Part shown: piece after piece, positions 9,748 to 17,938 of the stretch
How the letters are laid out: the number at the start of each line of letters is the position of its first letter
Numbering within the stretch: position 1 is the first letter of the stretch
Source of the DNA: a virus
Virus record (IMG/VR): IMGVR_UViG_3300043449_002450
Location: 32,001 to 96,000 of that record
Reading direction: 5' to 3' (one strand)
DNA length: 64,000 bases
The notes under the pieces: generated by a model
The model's input: only the letters and a program-made list of their open reading frames with translations
The model's database searches: none
Told to the model about the DNA's origin: nothing
Translations under genes and position numbers: made by a program

Positions 9748-10715
9748 GCATAGCAGTAATAGGACAAGGTTTTGTTGGTGGAAGTCTTACCACTGTGTTC
9801 TCTGAACGTGGAGAAACTGTGTATGTTTATGACAAAGCAGGCAAGCGCGCGCAGGGAGGCATCTCAGAATTTACTAGACAAATTACTAGAGACGTTGTGT
9901 CTCCCAAGTCACTTACTGAATTTATTAGAGAATGTGAAGCTACGTCGGGATTTTCTGGTGTCTATTTTATCTGCGTTCCAACACCGATGTTTGAAGATGG
10001 ATCACCTGATACGAGAATAGTTGAGGACGTTCTTGATCTTATTGCGTCTGCGCCATATGTTGCCGATAGTCCTCAGAGAATTATAGTTATCAAATCTACA
10101 GTGCCACCTGGATCAACAGAGAAATGGAATAAAAAATACAATGATCAAGATCTTTACATCATCTTTAATCCAGAGTTTCTAACCGAAGCAAACGCAATTG
10201 ATGACATGAGAACGCAGAACAGAATTGTTCTCGGCGGTCCGCGTCCCTACATCAATACAGTCAGAAACATCTTCATGCGTGCATTTCCCAAGGTTCCAAT
10301 CATCAAGACAAGCTCCACCACAGCCGAGATGGTAAAATACACAACAAACTGTCTTCTGGCAGTAAAAGTTGCTTTTGCTAATGAAGTTTCCCAAATATGT
10401 GAAGAGCTAGACAAGGATGGTATGAACGTTGACTATGATAAAGTTGTCGAGTATATTAAGTTTGATCCAAGGCTAGGGGAGACACACTGGGCAGTCCCTG
10501 GACCTGTGCCTACCCATGATGGACGTTATGTTAGGGGCTTCGGCGGTCATTGTTTTCCAAAAGACATCAATGCGCTGATGACAGTTGCTAAGCACTATGG
10601 TGTAAGACCTACAGTTATGCAGGCCGCTTGGGATAAAAATCTTGAGATTAGACCTCCGCAGGATAGAGACTGGGAGCGACAAGTTGGTCGTGCTATTAGT
10701 AAAAAAGACTCCTAA
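9744..10715 (+). CDS. UDP-glucose/GDP-mannose 6-dehydrogenase, short form
   Basis: IGQGFVG, ICVPTP, KSTVPPG, FNPEFL, AEMVKY, catalytic GFGGHCFPKD; ends about 50 aa after the catalytic Cys. Confidence 0.88.
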   Translation: MSIAVIGQGFVGGSLTTVFSERGETVYVYDKAGKRAQGGISEFTRQITRDVVSPKSLTEFIRECEATSGFSGVYFICVPTPMFEDGSPDTRIVEDVLDLIASAPYVADSPQRIIVIKSTVPPGSTEKWNKKYNDQDLYIIFNPEFLTEANAIDDMRTQNRIVLGGPRPYINTVRNIFMRAFPKVPIIKTSSTTAEMVKYTTNCLLAVKVAFANEVSQICEELDKDGMNVDYDKVVEYIKFDPRLGETHWAVPGPVPTHDGRYVRGFGGHCFPKDINALMTVAKHYGVRPTVMQAAWDKNLEIRPPQDRDWERQVGRAISKKDS

Positions 10716-10730
10716 GATGTATAATTTATC

Positions 10731-11540
10731 GTGACTACATTCCCAACTGGCAAACAACACGTTTCTTTCTCTGAAGTTAAGATGTGGCATGAGTGCGGGT
10801 GGCGACACAAGCTTGTCCATATTGACAAGGTTGATCTCTCTAAGCCTGCTGAGAGCCCAAGTTTTGGAACTGCAATTCATGCAGAATGTGAAGAATATCT
10901 AGAAAAGAAAACATACAATCTTGAACGACTTGACGAGTCTATACGAAAGACTTGGGAGGTCAATGGCTTTGATAATGCTGATGCATGGATCAAAGATGGC
11001 AAGATAATTCTCGAAGATGTTACCTCATTTCTTGATGAGACATTTCCAGGATGGTCTTTTATTGCTGCTGAGCAAGCGCTTTATGAGCCAATTGAAGGAG
11101 AAGACTTCTTAAAATTTAAGGGCTTTGTTGATGGAATCATTAGAGCAAAAAATAAGCGTGGTCAAGATTGCCTGTGGATTATTGACTGGAAGACATCAGG
11201 ACCTAGAGGCTGGAACTCTGATAAGAAGCGAAATAAGCTAATTCTTGCGCAGCTTGCGCTCTATAAGCATTTCTGTAGTGAGAAATTTCAAATTGATCCT
11301 AAAGATATAAAATGCGGTTTTATACTCTTGAAAAGAGGTGTAAAGCCAGGAAAATCGTGCGAACTTGTAGAAGTTTCTGTAGGACCTAAGACGCTTGAAG
11401 ATGCTAAAAAGCTTGTGCTCAATATGATCAACGGAGTTCGTGCAGGCAAAGCACTAAAAAATCGCACATCTTGCACTTTTTGTGACTATAAAAATACATC
11501 ACATTGTCCTGGATCTGGGCAATACGCAGCATTTACTTGA
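10731..11540 (+). CDS. PD-(D/E)XK nuclease, Cas4/AddB-like
   Basis: SFSEV..WHEC, GTAIH, GFVD, IIDWKT, QLALY and C-terminal CTFC...C (four-Cys Fe-S pattern). GTG start 5 nt after TATAAT (10720-10725). Confidence 0.85.
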   Translation: MTTFPTGKQHVSFSEVKMWHECGWRHKLVHIDKVDLSKPAESPSFGTAIHAECEEYLEKKTYNLERLDESIRKTWEVNGFDNADAWIKDGKIILEDVTSFLDETFPGWSFIAAEQALYEPIEGEDFLKFKGFVDGIIRAKNKRGQDCLWIIDWKTSGPRGWNSDKKRNKLILAQLALYKHFCSEKFQIDPKDIKCGFILLKRGVKPGKSCELVEVSVGPKTLEDAKKLVLNMINGVRAGKALKNRTSCTFCDYKNTSHCPGSGQYAAFT

Positions 11541-11573
11541 TTTTCACCTGTGCTATTGTTTAGCACAGGTACC

Positions 11574-12818
11574 ATGAGCAAGAAAAAAGTAATTGTTTTA
11601 TCTGATCACGCTTTGTCAACGTCGGGTGTCGGAACACAAACACGCCATCTAATCAATGGCATGATTGGTAAAGGCGACTGGACGTTTAGGCAGTTCGGTG
11701 CTGCTATGAAGCACACTGATTATAGGACTGTTGCCGTTAATGATGATTTTATCATCAAGCCAATTGATGGCTTTGGCAATAGAGACCTAATACGTGTGAC
11801 TTTAGCATCAGAAAAGCCCGATCTTCTTCTTATTTTTACGGATCCTAGATTCTTTATCTGGCTCTTTGAGATGGCCGATGAAGTTAATCAAGTTTGTCCA
11901 ATTGCTTGGTGGCATGTGTGGGATAATCTTCCTTATCCTGCATTTAATGCCCCGTTGTATGAATCAACTAGTCTCATAAATTGTCATTCGCATATGACAT
12001 ATGAGATGATAAAGGAAAAATTTCCTAATAAGACAAACTTCATACCTCATTCTGTGCCCGAAGATTTATTTTTCCCGCTGTCGCAAGTCGAAAGAAGAAT
12101 GTTCAGGAGACAGCTTCTGGGAACGCACAGGGAGGATCACTTCGTCGGTGTGTGGATCAATAGAAATGCAAGGAGAAAGCGTCCCAGCGATGTCCTAGAA
12201 GCATGGAAGATATTTCTAGATGACATGCATAAGAAGCGTGGTCACAAGAAAGCAACTCTAATAATGCATACAGACCCGCTTGACCAAGAAGGGCCAAATC
12301 TTTACGCTGTCGCTGAAAATTTAGGCATATCTGAAAATGTTACCTTCTCTAAAGAAAGGCTACCATTCGACAAGATCAATGTTCTCTACAACATATCAGA
12401 CTTTTGCATTAATATTAGCTTTGCTGAGGGGTTTGGGCTAGGCACACTCGAAGCAATGAACGCCGGTGTCCCAATTATTGCAGCCAAGACGGGTGGTTTA
12501 ACACGTCAGGTTGTTGACCATAGGGACGGCACACACAACGGTGTCGCTCTTGATATTGACTTAAAGACGCTGGTTGGATCACAAACCGTCCCATACATTT
12601 ATGAAGATTATGTGACAAACGAAAATATTGCTAAAGGGATAATGAAGTTCTACAATCTCTCTGACACAGAGCGTCAGGCTCTAGGACAAAAAGCATTCAA
12701 TTATGCAAGATCAGAGTTTAACTTCAATAAGACAATAGACATGTGGCACGAGACAGCGTCTAATCTTTTGGACACGTGGAAGCACAATAGAAAGACATAC
12801 ACAGTTAAGGAGCTCTAA
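11574..12818 (+). CDS. Glycosyltransferase family 4
   Basis: LSDH...SGVG, NRNARRKR, EGFGLGTLEA (Ex7E). Start set at ATG 11574. Confidence 0.9.
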   Translation: MSKKKVIVLSDHALSTSGVGTQTRHLINGMIGKGDWTFRQFGAAMKHTDYRTVAVNDDFIIKPIDGFGNRDLIRVTLASEKPDLLLIFTDPRFFIWLFEMADEVNQVCPIAWWHVWDNLPYPAFNAPLYESTSLINCHSHMTYEMIKEKFPNKTNFIPHSVPEDLFFPLSQVERRMFRRQLLGTHREDHFVGVWINRNARRKRPSDVLEAWKIFLDDMHKKRGHKKATLIMHTDPLDQEGPNLYAVAENLGISENVTFSKERLPFDKINVLYNISDFCINISFAEGFGLGTLEAMNAGVPIIAAKTGGLTRQVVDHRDGTHNGVALDIDLKTLVGSQTVPYIYEDYVTNENIAKGIMKFYNLSDTERQALGQKAFNYARSEFNFNKTIDMWHETASNLLDTWKHNRKTYTVKEL

Positions 12819-13978
12819 TGAGAATAGTTGTTCGTGCACCATTACTAAGCATTTCAGGTTATGGTCAACATAGCAGGCAAGTCTATGAAGCTGTTAAGAC
12901 AATACCAGATTCTCAAGTGAGCACACAGGTTGTCCAGTGGGGAAACACGTCGTGGTATATCAATTCTGATGCTGAGAACGGGCTGATCGGTGAGATTATG
13001 TCAAGGTCATCTGACCAGTCAAGTGGATTTGATGTGTCATTTCAAGTCCAGCTACCTGATGAGTGGTCACCAAATCTTGCTCGCATCAATATTGGAATAA
13101 CAGCTGCAGTCGAGACAGATCGTTGCAATCCTGAGTGGATCCAGCGGTGCAACCAAATGTCTGCGATTGTTGTCCCATCAGCTTTTACTAAGAGCGTTTT
13201 GACATCTACGGGTGACGTAAAAGTTCCGATCTATGTCATAGGAGAATGGTATATTAAAGAAATCGATCAAGCACCAGAGGCGCTGGATGTAGACTTTAGA
13301 ACACCATTTAATTTTCTTATTGTTAGTCAAATGTCATCTCCTGATTCTACGATTGATAGGAAGAACATCACAAACACCCTTAAGTGGATATGTGAGACAT
13401 TCAAAGATGACCCATCTGTGGGTATAATCTTAAAGACAAATAGTGGTCGTGGAACAGATATTGACAGGCATGTTACTGTCGGAGCTCTTAACCATATTAT
13501 TAGCTCGATAAGACAGACTTCATCCACGCCGATCTATTTGATGCACGGAAATATGACAAATCAAGAAATTGCCTCGTTGTATGTGCACCCAAAGGTAAAA
13601 GCGCTCGTGAGTCTCACGCGCGGCGAAGGATTTGGACTACCGATACTTGAAGCAGCAGCATCAAGCTTACCTGTTGTTGCTACAGATTGGTCGGCTCACA
13701 CTGAGTTTATGAATCTTGGTAAGTGGATTAAGATCGAAAAGCAGAAGATGGTCATACCCACAAGCAGAGTTGATGGAAGAATCTTTGTCGAGGGTGTGTC
13801 TTGGGCAGATCCTTCTGAAGCTGATTTTAAGAAGAAGATTAAGAAGTTTAGAGAGTCGCATATTGTTCCAAAAGGCTGGGCAACAGATCTAGCCAAGATT
13901 TGCAGAACAAGATACACACGTGATAAAATCATTGAAGACTATCAAGGTCTCTTCAACGAGCTGATCGTTAATGTTTGA
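12818..13978 (+). CDS. Glycosyltransferase family 4
   Basis: SGYGQHSR, DRKN, RGEGFGLPILEA, TDWSAHTEF motifs. Confidence 0.9.
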   Translation: MRIVVRAPLLSISGYGQHSRQVYEAVKTIPDSQVSTQVVQWGNTSWYINSDAENGLIGEIMSRSSDQSSGFDVSFQVQLPDEWSPNLARINIGITAAVETDRCNPEWIQRCNQMSAIVVPSAFTKSVLTSTGDVKVPIYVIGEWYIKEIDQAPEALDVDFRTPFNFLIVSQMSSPDSTIDRKNITNTLKWICETFKDDPSVGIILKTNSGRGTDIDRHVTVGALNHIISSIRQTSSTPIYLMHGNMTNQEIASLYVHPKVKALVSLTRGEGFGLPILEAAASSLPVVATDWSAHTEFMNLGKWIKIEKQKMVIPTSRVDGRIFVEGVSWADPSEADFKKKIKKFRESHIVPKGWATDLAKICRTRYTRDKIIEDYQGLFNELIVNV

Positions 13979-14264
13979 GACTATATTTTGCGTGGTTCTT
14001 GCTATTTTAGGTGTATCTGTATACTACAACATCAAATTTGGCCTAATTATCTTGCGCATTGAGGATTCAATAGAAGAATGCTTGGACCAGCTTGATGAAA
14101 GGTATAGGGTAATTTCTAAAATTCTAGAAAAGCCAATATTCTTTGATTCAATAGAGGTCAGACAGACAGTTCAAGAGATTAGGTCAAGTCAAGAGCTGCT
14201 CCTCAAAGTTGCAAATAGGATGTCTAACCTACAGGAGCCTGTCAAAGATGAAAAAGATCAGTAA
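13971..14264 (+). CDS. Small hypothetical membrane-anchored coiled-coil protein
   Basis: Hydrophobic N-terminus (IFCVVLAILGVSVYY) followed by a heptad-like helix; overlaps both neighbours. Confidence 0.6.
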   Translation: MFETIFCVVLAILGVSVYYNIKFGLIILRIEDSIEECLDQLDERYRVISKILEKPIFFDSIEVRQTVQEIRSSQELLLKVANRMSNLQEPVKDEKDQ

Positions 14265-14967
14265 GAAGCAGGTGTCCAAGAGCGGTAGCTTGAAGATGTA
14301 TTTTCATGCAGGAACGCATGATGCCATCGTCAGATTTCAACAAGAGGCTCAACAAGAGGTGCGAGATCTCATATACACAATTGAGATACTGCCAGCTTTT
14401 ACCAAGCTTGTTGAAAATCTTATCTTTATACACGGTGCGAATATCGTCGGACCAATTGATGAGTTCAAGAATGACTGCATCAGCTTCCTATACGAGACAT
14501 TGAAGAAATTTGATGCATCTAGAGGGACCAAGGCGTTCTCTTACTTTAATGTTGTTGCTAAAAATTGGATAGTTGTCAAGACACGTCAAAAGATTAAACA
14601 CACCAGAAAACATGTCAACATAGATGACAAGACAGTTGTTCCAGAAATAGAAACACTTGATATTGTTGAGCCTACTTTTGAGATCTATGGTGCAGGTGGA
14701 AAAAAAGCCTTTCAAGCACAACAACTTGAGCTTATGTTCGATGAAGTGAAGTCAAGACTTGATCAAGAACATGAATTGACGTGTATGAACGCAATTATTG
14801 AGATATTTCATAATATTGATGATATTGACTTTTTTAATAAGCGTGCCGTCTTTGTTTACATACGTGAAATGACCAATTTGAACACAAAACAGATATCATC
14901 AGCAATGTCTAACATCAAGAAGCATTATCGAGAATCTATGAAAGACTGTGAGTTCGATATCTTCTAA
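14248..14967 (+). CDS. Late-transcription sigma factor, T4 gp55-like
   Basis: Region-2-like LKKFDASRGTKAFSYFNVVAKN and C-terminal helix-turn-helix-like YIREMTNLNTKQISSAM; sits at the head of the structural genes. Start at ATG 14248 behind AGGAG. Confidence 0.65.
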   Translation: MKKISKKQVSKSGSLKMYFHAGTHDAIVRFQQEAQQEVRDLIYTIEILPAFTKLVENLIFIHGANIVGPIDEFKNDCISFLYETLKKFDASRGTKAFSYFNVVAKNWIVVKTRQKIKHTRKHVNIDDKTVVPEIETLDIVEPTFEIYGAGGKKAFQAQQLELMFDEVKSRLDQEHELTCMNAIIEIFHNIDDIDFFNKRAVFVYIREMTNLNTKQISSAMSNIKKHYRESMKDCEFDIF

Positions 14968-14976
14968 GGAGAATAC

Positions 14977-15354
14977 ATGTCTAAAAAGACAGACTCAGAA
15001 AAGATTAATAATCAATTTGATAATCTTAAAGAAAAAGAGGACAAGGTTAAGAAATTTTCTTCTCTCCTGGAGACGATTGAAGGCCTAGATGATAAAAAGC
15101 GTGTTCTTTGGAGCGAAATCTACCATAATGCGCTGACTGATAGAGAGAACGCATCAATACTTTTTACTGATACGATCATACAGATCAAAGGAAATGCAGC
15201 AAATCACAGCATTCTTGGTCCCGTTATTGTCAAATACATTGAAAGAATGTCACGGGCAAATGATCAAATAATAAAGCTCGCTGAGATGATCACTGCAGAA
15301 GAAAACAAGCCTTTAGACACGGGTTCCATCTTTGATAAGATAATGGAGGACTAG
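14977..15354 (+). CDS. Hypothetical helical protein
   Basis: 125-aa ORF with AAGGAG SD, coupled to the next gene. Confidence 0.6.
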   Translation: MSKKTDSEKINNQFDNLKEKEDKVKKFSSLLETIEGLDDKKRVLWSEIYHNALTDRENASILFTDTIIQIKGNAANHSILGPVIVKYIERMSRANDQIIKLAEMITAEENKPLDTGSIFDKIMED

Positions 15355-16304
15355 TGTTTGAAGAAATTTTAGTTATTGACTATATCTCAAGTTACGCTTC
15401 TCTCACAGAAGACCAGCGCGACCAATTAAAAAGAAAAGTTATTGACCCAGGTTTTATAACAAATTGTCCAAATGGGACAATAATCGGCCACTTTATCTCT
15501 AAAGAGAGACTACCTCAAGCGCAAGTTTTTTATCCATTTTTCTCTCACATGCGAGTGCCTATTAAGGCAGGAGAGCGAGCATGGGTATTTGTGAATCACA
15601 CAGAAAGAGTTTCATATTGGCTATCAAGAAAAGTCCAAAATGGTTATGCAGAAGATTTAAATTTCACTCATGATGATCGTGCTTTCTTTGCCAAGAGCGT
15701 CACAAGCGATACGAATACTAAATTATTTCTTGATGCCGATACATCTGGACTTGATCTTGAATCGACAAGAAAAAATGCGATAAGTCGGCCACAATTTACG
15801 GGTCATGTGGTTGTAGGCGTTGCATCAAAATCTCCTGATTTTTTAATACAAGGGTCAAATAGCACTGCAATACAGCTTACAGATGACAGCGGTATAGGAA
15901 AGATACTAATAAAGTCGGGTCTAAAAGATGATATAGCAGCTTCTTTTTCTGCTGTCCAGAATACTGATGGTTACAAAGAAGCGCTAAAGCCAAACACAAA
16001 TCCGCCAACAGCACAAGCAGACACATCTATAATAGAAGTCTCTGCAGGTTTTGGAGTCGTGATTACAGTAGGAGGTGCCAGCATTAGAGTCCAACCCAAC
16101 GGTGACGTTGTTATAACACCGGCACCAGATGGTGTTATTAAGCTAGGCGGTGATGATGCTGATAAAGCTATTCTCTGTCAAGAAGCAATAAGGACGGGAG
16201 GAAATATCGTGGCACCATCAATTGTGTCAACGGCAGGAGGAATATTAGGTGCGCCTAACTATCCTGCAACAGGTCAATTTGCATCCAAAATTTTGGTGAA
16301 GTAA
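15354..16304 (+). CDS. Putative baseplate hub/spike protein
   Basis: PIKAGERAWV OB-fold-like segment and C-terminal short beta repeats (ASIRVQPNGDVVI..DGVIKLG); two genes upstream of the gp25-like gene. Confidence 0.5.
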   Translation: MFEEILVIDYISSYASLTEDQRDQLKRKVIDPGFITNCPNGTIIGHFISKERLPQAQVFYPFFSHMRVPIKAGERAWVFVNHTERVSYWLSRKVQNGYAEDLNFTHDDRAFFAKSVTSDTNTKLFLDADTSGLDLESTRKNAISRPQFTGHVVVGVASKSPDFLIQGSNSTAIQLTDDSGIGKILIKSGLKDDIAASFSAVQNTDGYKEALKPNTNPPTAQADTSIIEVSAGFGVVITVGGASIRVQPNGDVVITPAPDGVIKLGGDDADKAILCQEAIRTGGNIVAPSIVSTAGGILGAPNYPATGQFASKILVK

Positions 16305-17428
16305 TGGGCGCCTTGTCGAGCATAGGCATATTGGATAATGGCAAACTAACTGATAGTGCAAAGACCAGCTTTAGGATTGCTACAGCAGGATCAGTAGAAT
16401 CTGGTTTTTCTATAGGCGCAAGCTCTATTTCTGCTGACCTAATTAGTTTAGGTAATTTTAAAGATCTCGACCAGCAAGAGCACAATAATCAATATCCAGC
16501 GTGGAATGCTTACTATTCTTCTGGGCTTCTTCAAAATATTGCTCTTTCTCTTGATAAGATTCCAGATGCCGGTGTCTTGAAACCTATCGGCTTATTTGAC
16601 CCAACAAAGCCTATCGTAGTTTTAATCACAAAGCTGCAGTCTCTATTCAATAGAATTTTTAGCTTCTTAGATTTTCCATTTATTGATCTTTTGATTCTTA
16701 ATATTGATGTAGTTCTTTCAAAAGTTAGACAAATTTTACGTGCACTTGACGATATTATCAGTAATCTTGTTGAAGATGGATTATCAGCAGCAAAAGACGC
16801 CGCAGAAAGTTTTATTGACATATTGAAGACAATAGTGAGAGAAGTTCTTACAAGGTCAAATGTGTCTTCGTCTAGAATATCGGATGTGATAGAATCCATT
16901 AATGACAATATTGATGACATCAAAGAGTCTGTTGTAGAAACTGCTCAAGAAATAACAGCATCATCTTTGTTAAGCATTCCAAGCTTACCTGTTCCGTCTC
17001 TTGATATTTCTTTTATCCCACCAGGGATTGATGTCACGCCATTATTCGCAACAGTTGAAGCTGATGGTATAGATGGTATTGGAACCAAGTTTGTTAAGTT
17101 AATGGCTGCCTTTCTTGCTTTGCCGGCAAAGATTGCTGAACAGATAAAACAAGGCGTTCAAGCAGCAATTAGAATAAAAGAAGCATTTGAGATACTGATC
17201 ATTAATGTTGCGCAGGGCGTTCAAGCACTTTTATCTGCTTTATTAGAGCTAGTGTGGTCAATTATTACTAGTGTAATAAGCATTGCAGAAGCTGCCATTC
17301 TTGAGATAGCTTCTATATTTCAAACTGTCACATTTTTTGTAAAGTATTTCATAGTTAGCATGATTTCATTTCTTTTAGGATCTGGTCTTATAGCGTTGAG
17401 TGCTGCTAAAATTCTTGGAATTGCTTAA
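16304..17428 (+). CDS. Hypothetical amphipathic-helical protein with hydrophobic C-terminus
   Basis: 374 aa; long I/L/A-rich helices with TM-like segments at the C-terminus; lies within the baseplate module. Confidence 0.6.
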   Translation: MGALSSIGILDNGKLTDSAKTSFRIATAGSVESGFSIGASSISADLISLGNFKDLDQQEHNNQYPAWNAYYSSGLLQNIALSLDKIPDAGVLKPIGLFDPTKPIVVLITKLQSLFNRIFSFLDFPFIDLLILNIDVVLSKVRQILRALDDIISNLVEDGLSAAKDAAESFIDILKTIVREVLTRSNVSSSRISDVIESINDNIDDIKESVVETAQEITASSLLSIPSLPVPSLDISFIPPGIDVTPLFATVEADGIDGIGTKFVKLMAAFLALPAKIAEQIKQGVQAAIRIKEAFEILIINVAQGVQALLSALLELVWSIITSVISIAEAAILEIASIFQTVTFFVKYFIVSMISFLLGSGLIALSAAKILGIA

Positions 17429-17450
17429 GGCAGAGGAACCTTACATGCTA

Positions 17451-17457
17451 ATAGTTA
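17451..17457 (+). promoter_or_regulatory. Putative late promoter motif ATAGTTA
   Basis: [AC]TAn[TG]TA instance 6 nt before the gp25-like ATG. Confidence 0.5.
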
Positions 17458-17463
17458 TAAGCG

Positions 17464-17934
17464 ATGGCCGAACGTAGCTTTAAAAGTGTCGGAGAACTTA
17501 ACACAGACGCGCGCGCTTCGCAGCCGCGCCAACCTGTGCCTATTGGAATTTTAACCCCTGTCAACTTTTCATCAAAGGTTGGTGGTCCATTTGAGATGTC
17601 AACTAATATTGTCAATCAAGTCCTAGACAATTTTAGGAACATGCTACTAACAAACCATGGCGAGCGCGTTCCTCTCTATGACTATGGATCAAATTTGAGA
17701 CAACTTCTAACAGAAAGGCTGTCTATTGACAACTACCAAGAGCAGGCCATGATGTTCATCAAGACATCAACAGAAAAATACATGCCGTATGTTAGCCTAG
17801 ACACTTTCGATTTGCAGCCATTGCAGACAGATGACCAGGGATTTTCTAAAGTTAGAGTTACAATTAAGTGCTCAATTCCTAAAATAACAACTGCAACCAA
17901 ACAAATTGAATTAATAATCACAAACATAGGATGA
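17464..17934 (+). CDS. Baseplate wedge subunit, gp25/GpW-like
   Basis: QVLDNFRNMLLTNHGERVPLYDYGSNL...KYMPYV signature. Confidence 0.88.
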   Translation: MAERSFKSVGELNTDARASQPRQPVPIGILTPVNFSSKVGGPFEMSTNIVNQVLDNFRNMLLTNHGERVPLYDYGSNLRQLLTERLSIDNYQEQAMMFIKTSTEKYMPYVSLDTFDLQPLQTDDQGFSKVRVTIKCSIPKITTATKQIELIITNIG

Positions 17935-17938
17935 GACC

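Noticed and set aside
10731-11540. CRISPR-Cas system
   Set aside because: No repeat-spacer array or other cas genes seen; the 18-bp repeats at 57508 have no spacers and are coding.
1-13978. Bacterial O-antigen/capsule locus or giant-virus (NCLDV) origin
   Set aside because: The genes run through overlaps into T4-like morphogenesis genes; there are no wzx/wzy/export genes and no NCLDV-type capsid or packaging ATPase, and SD sites are present.
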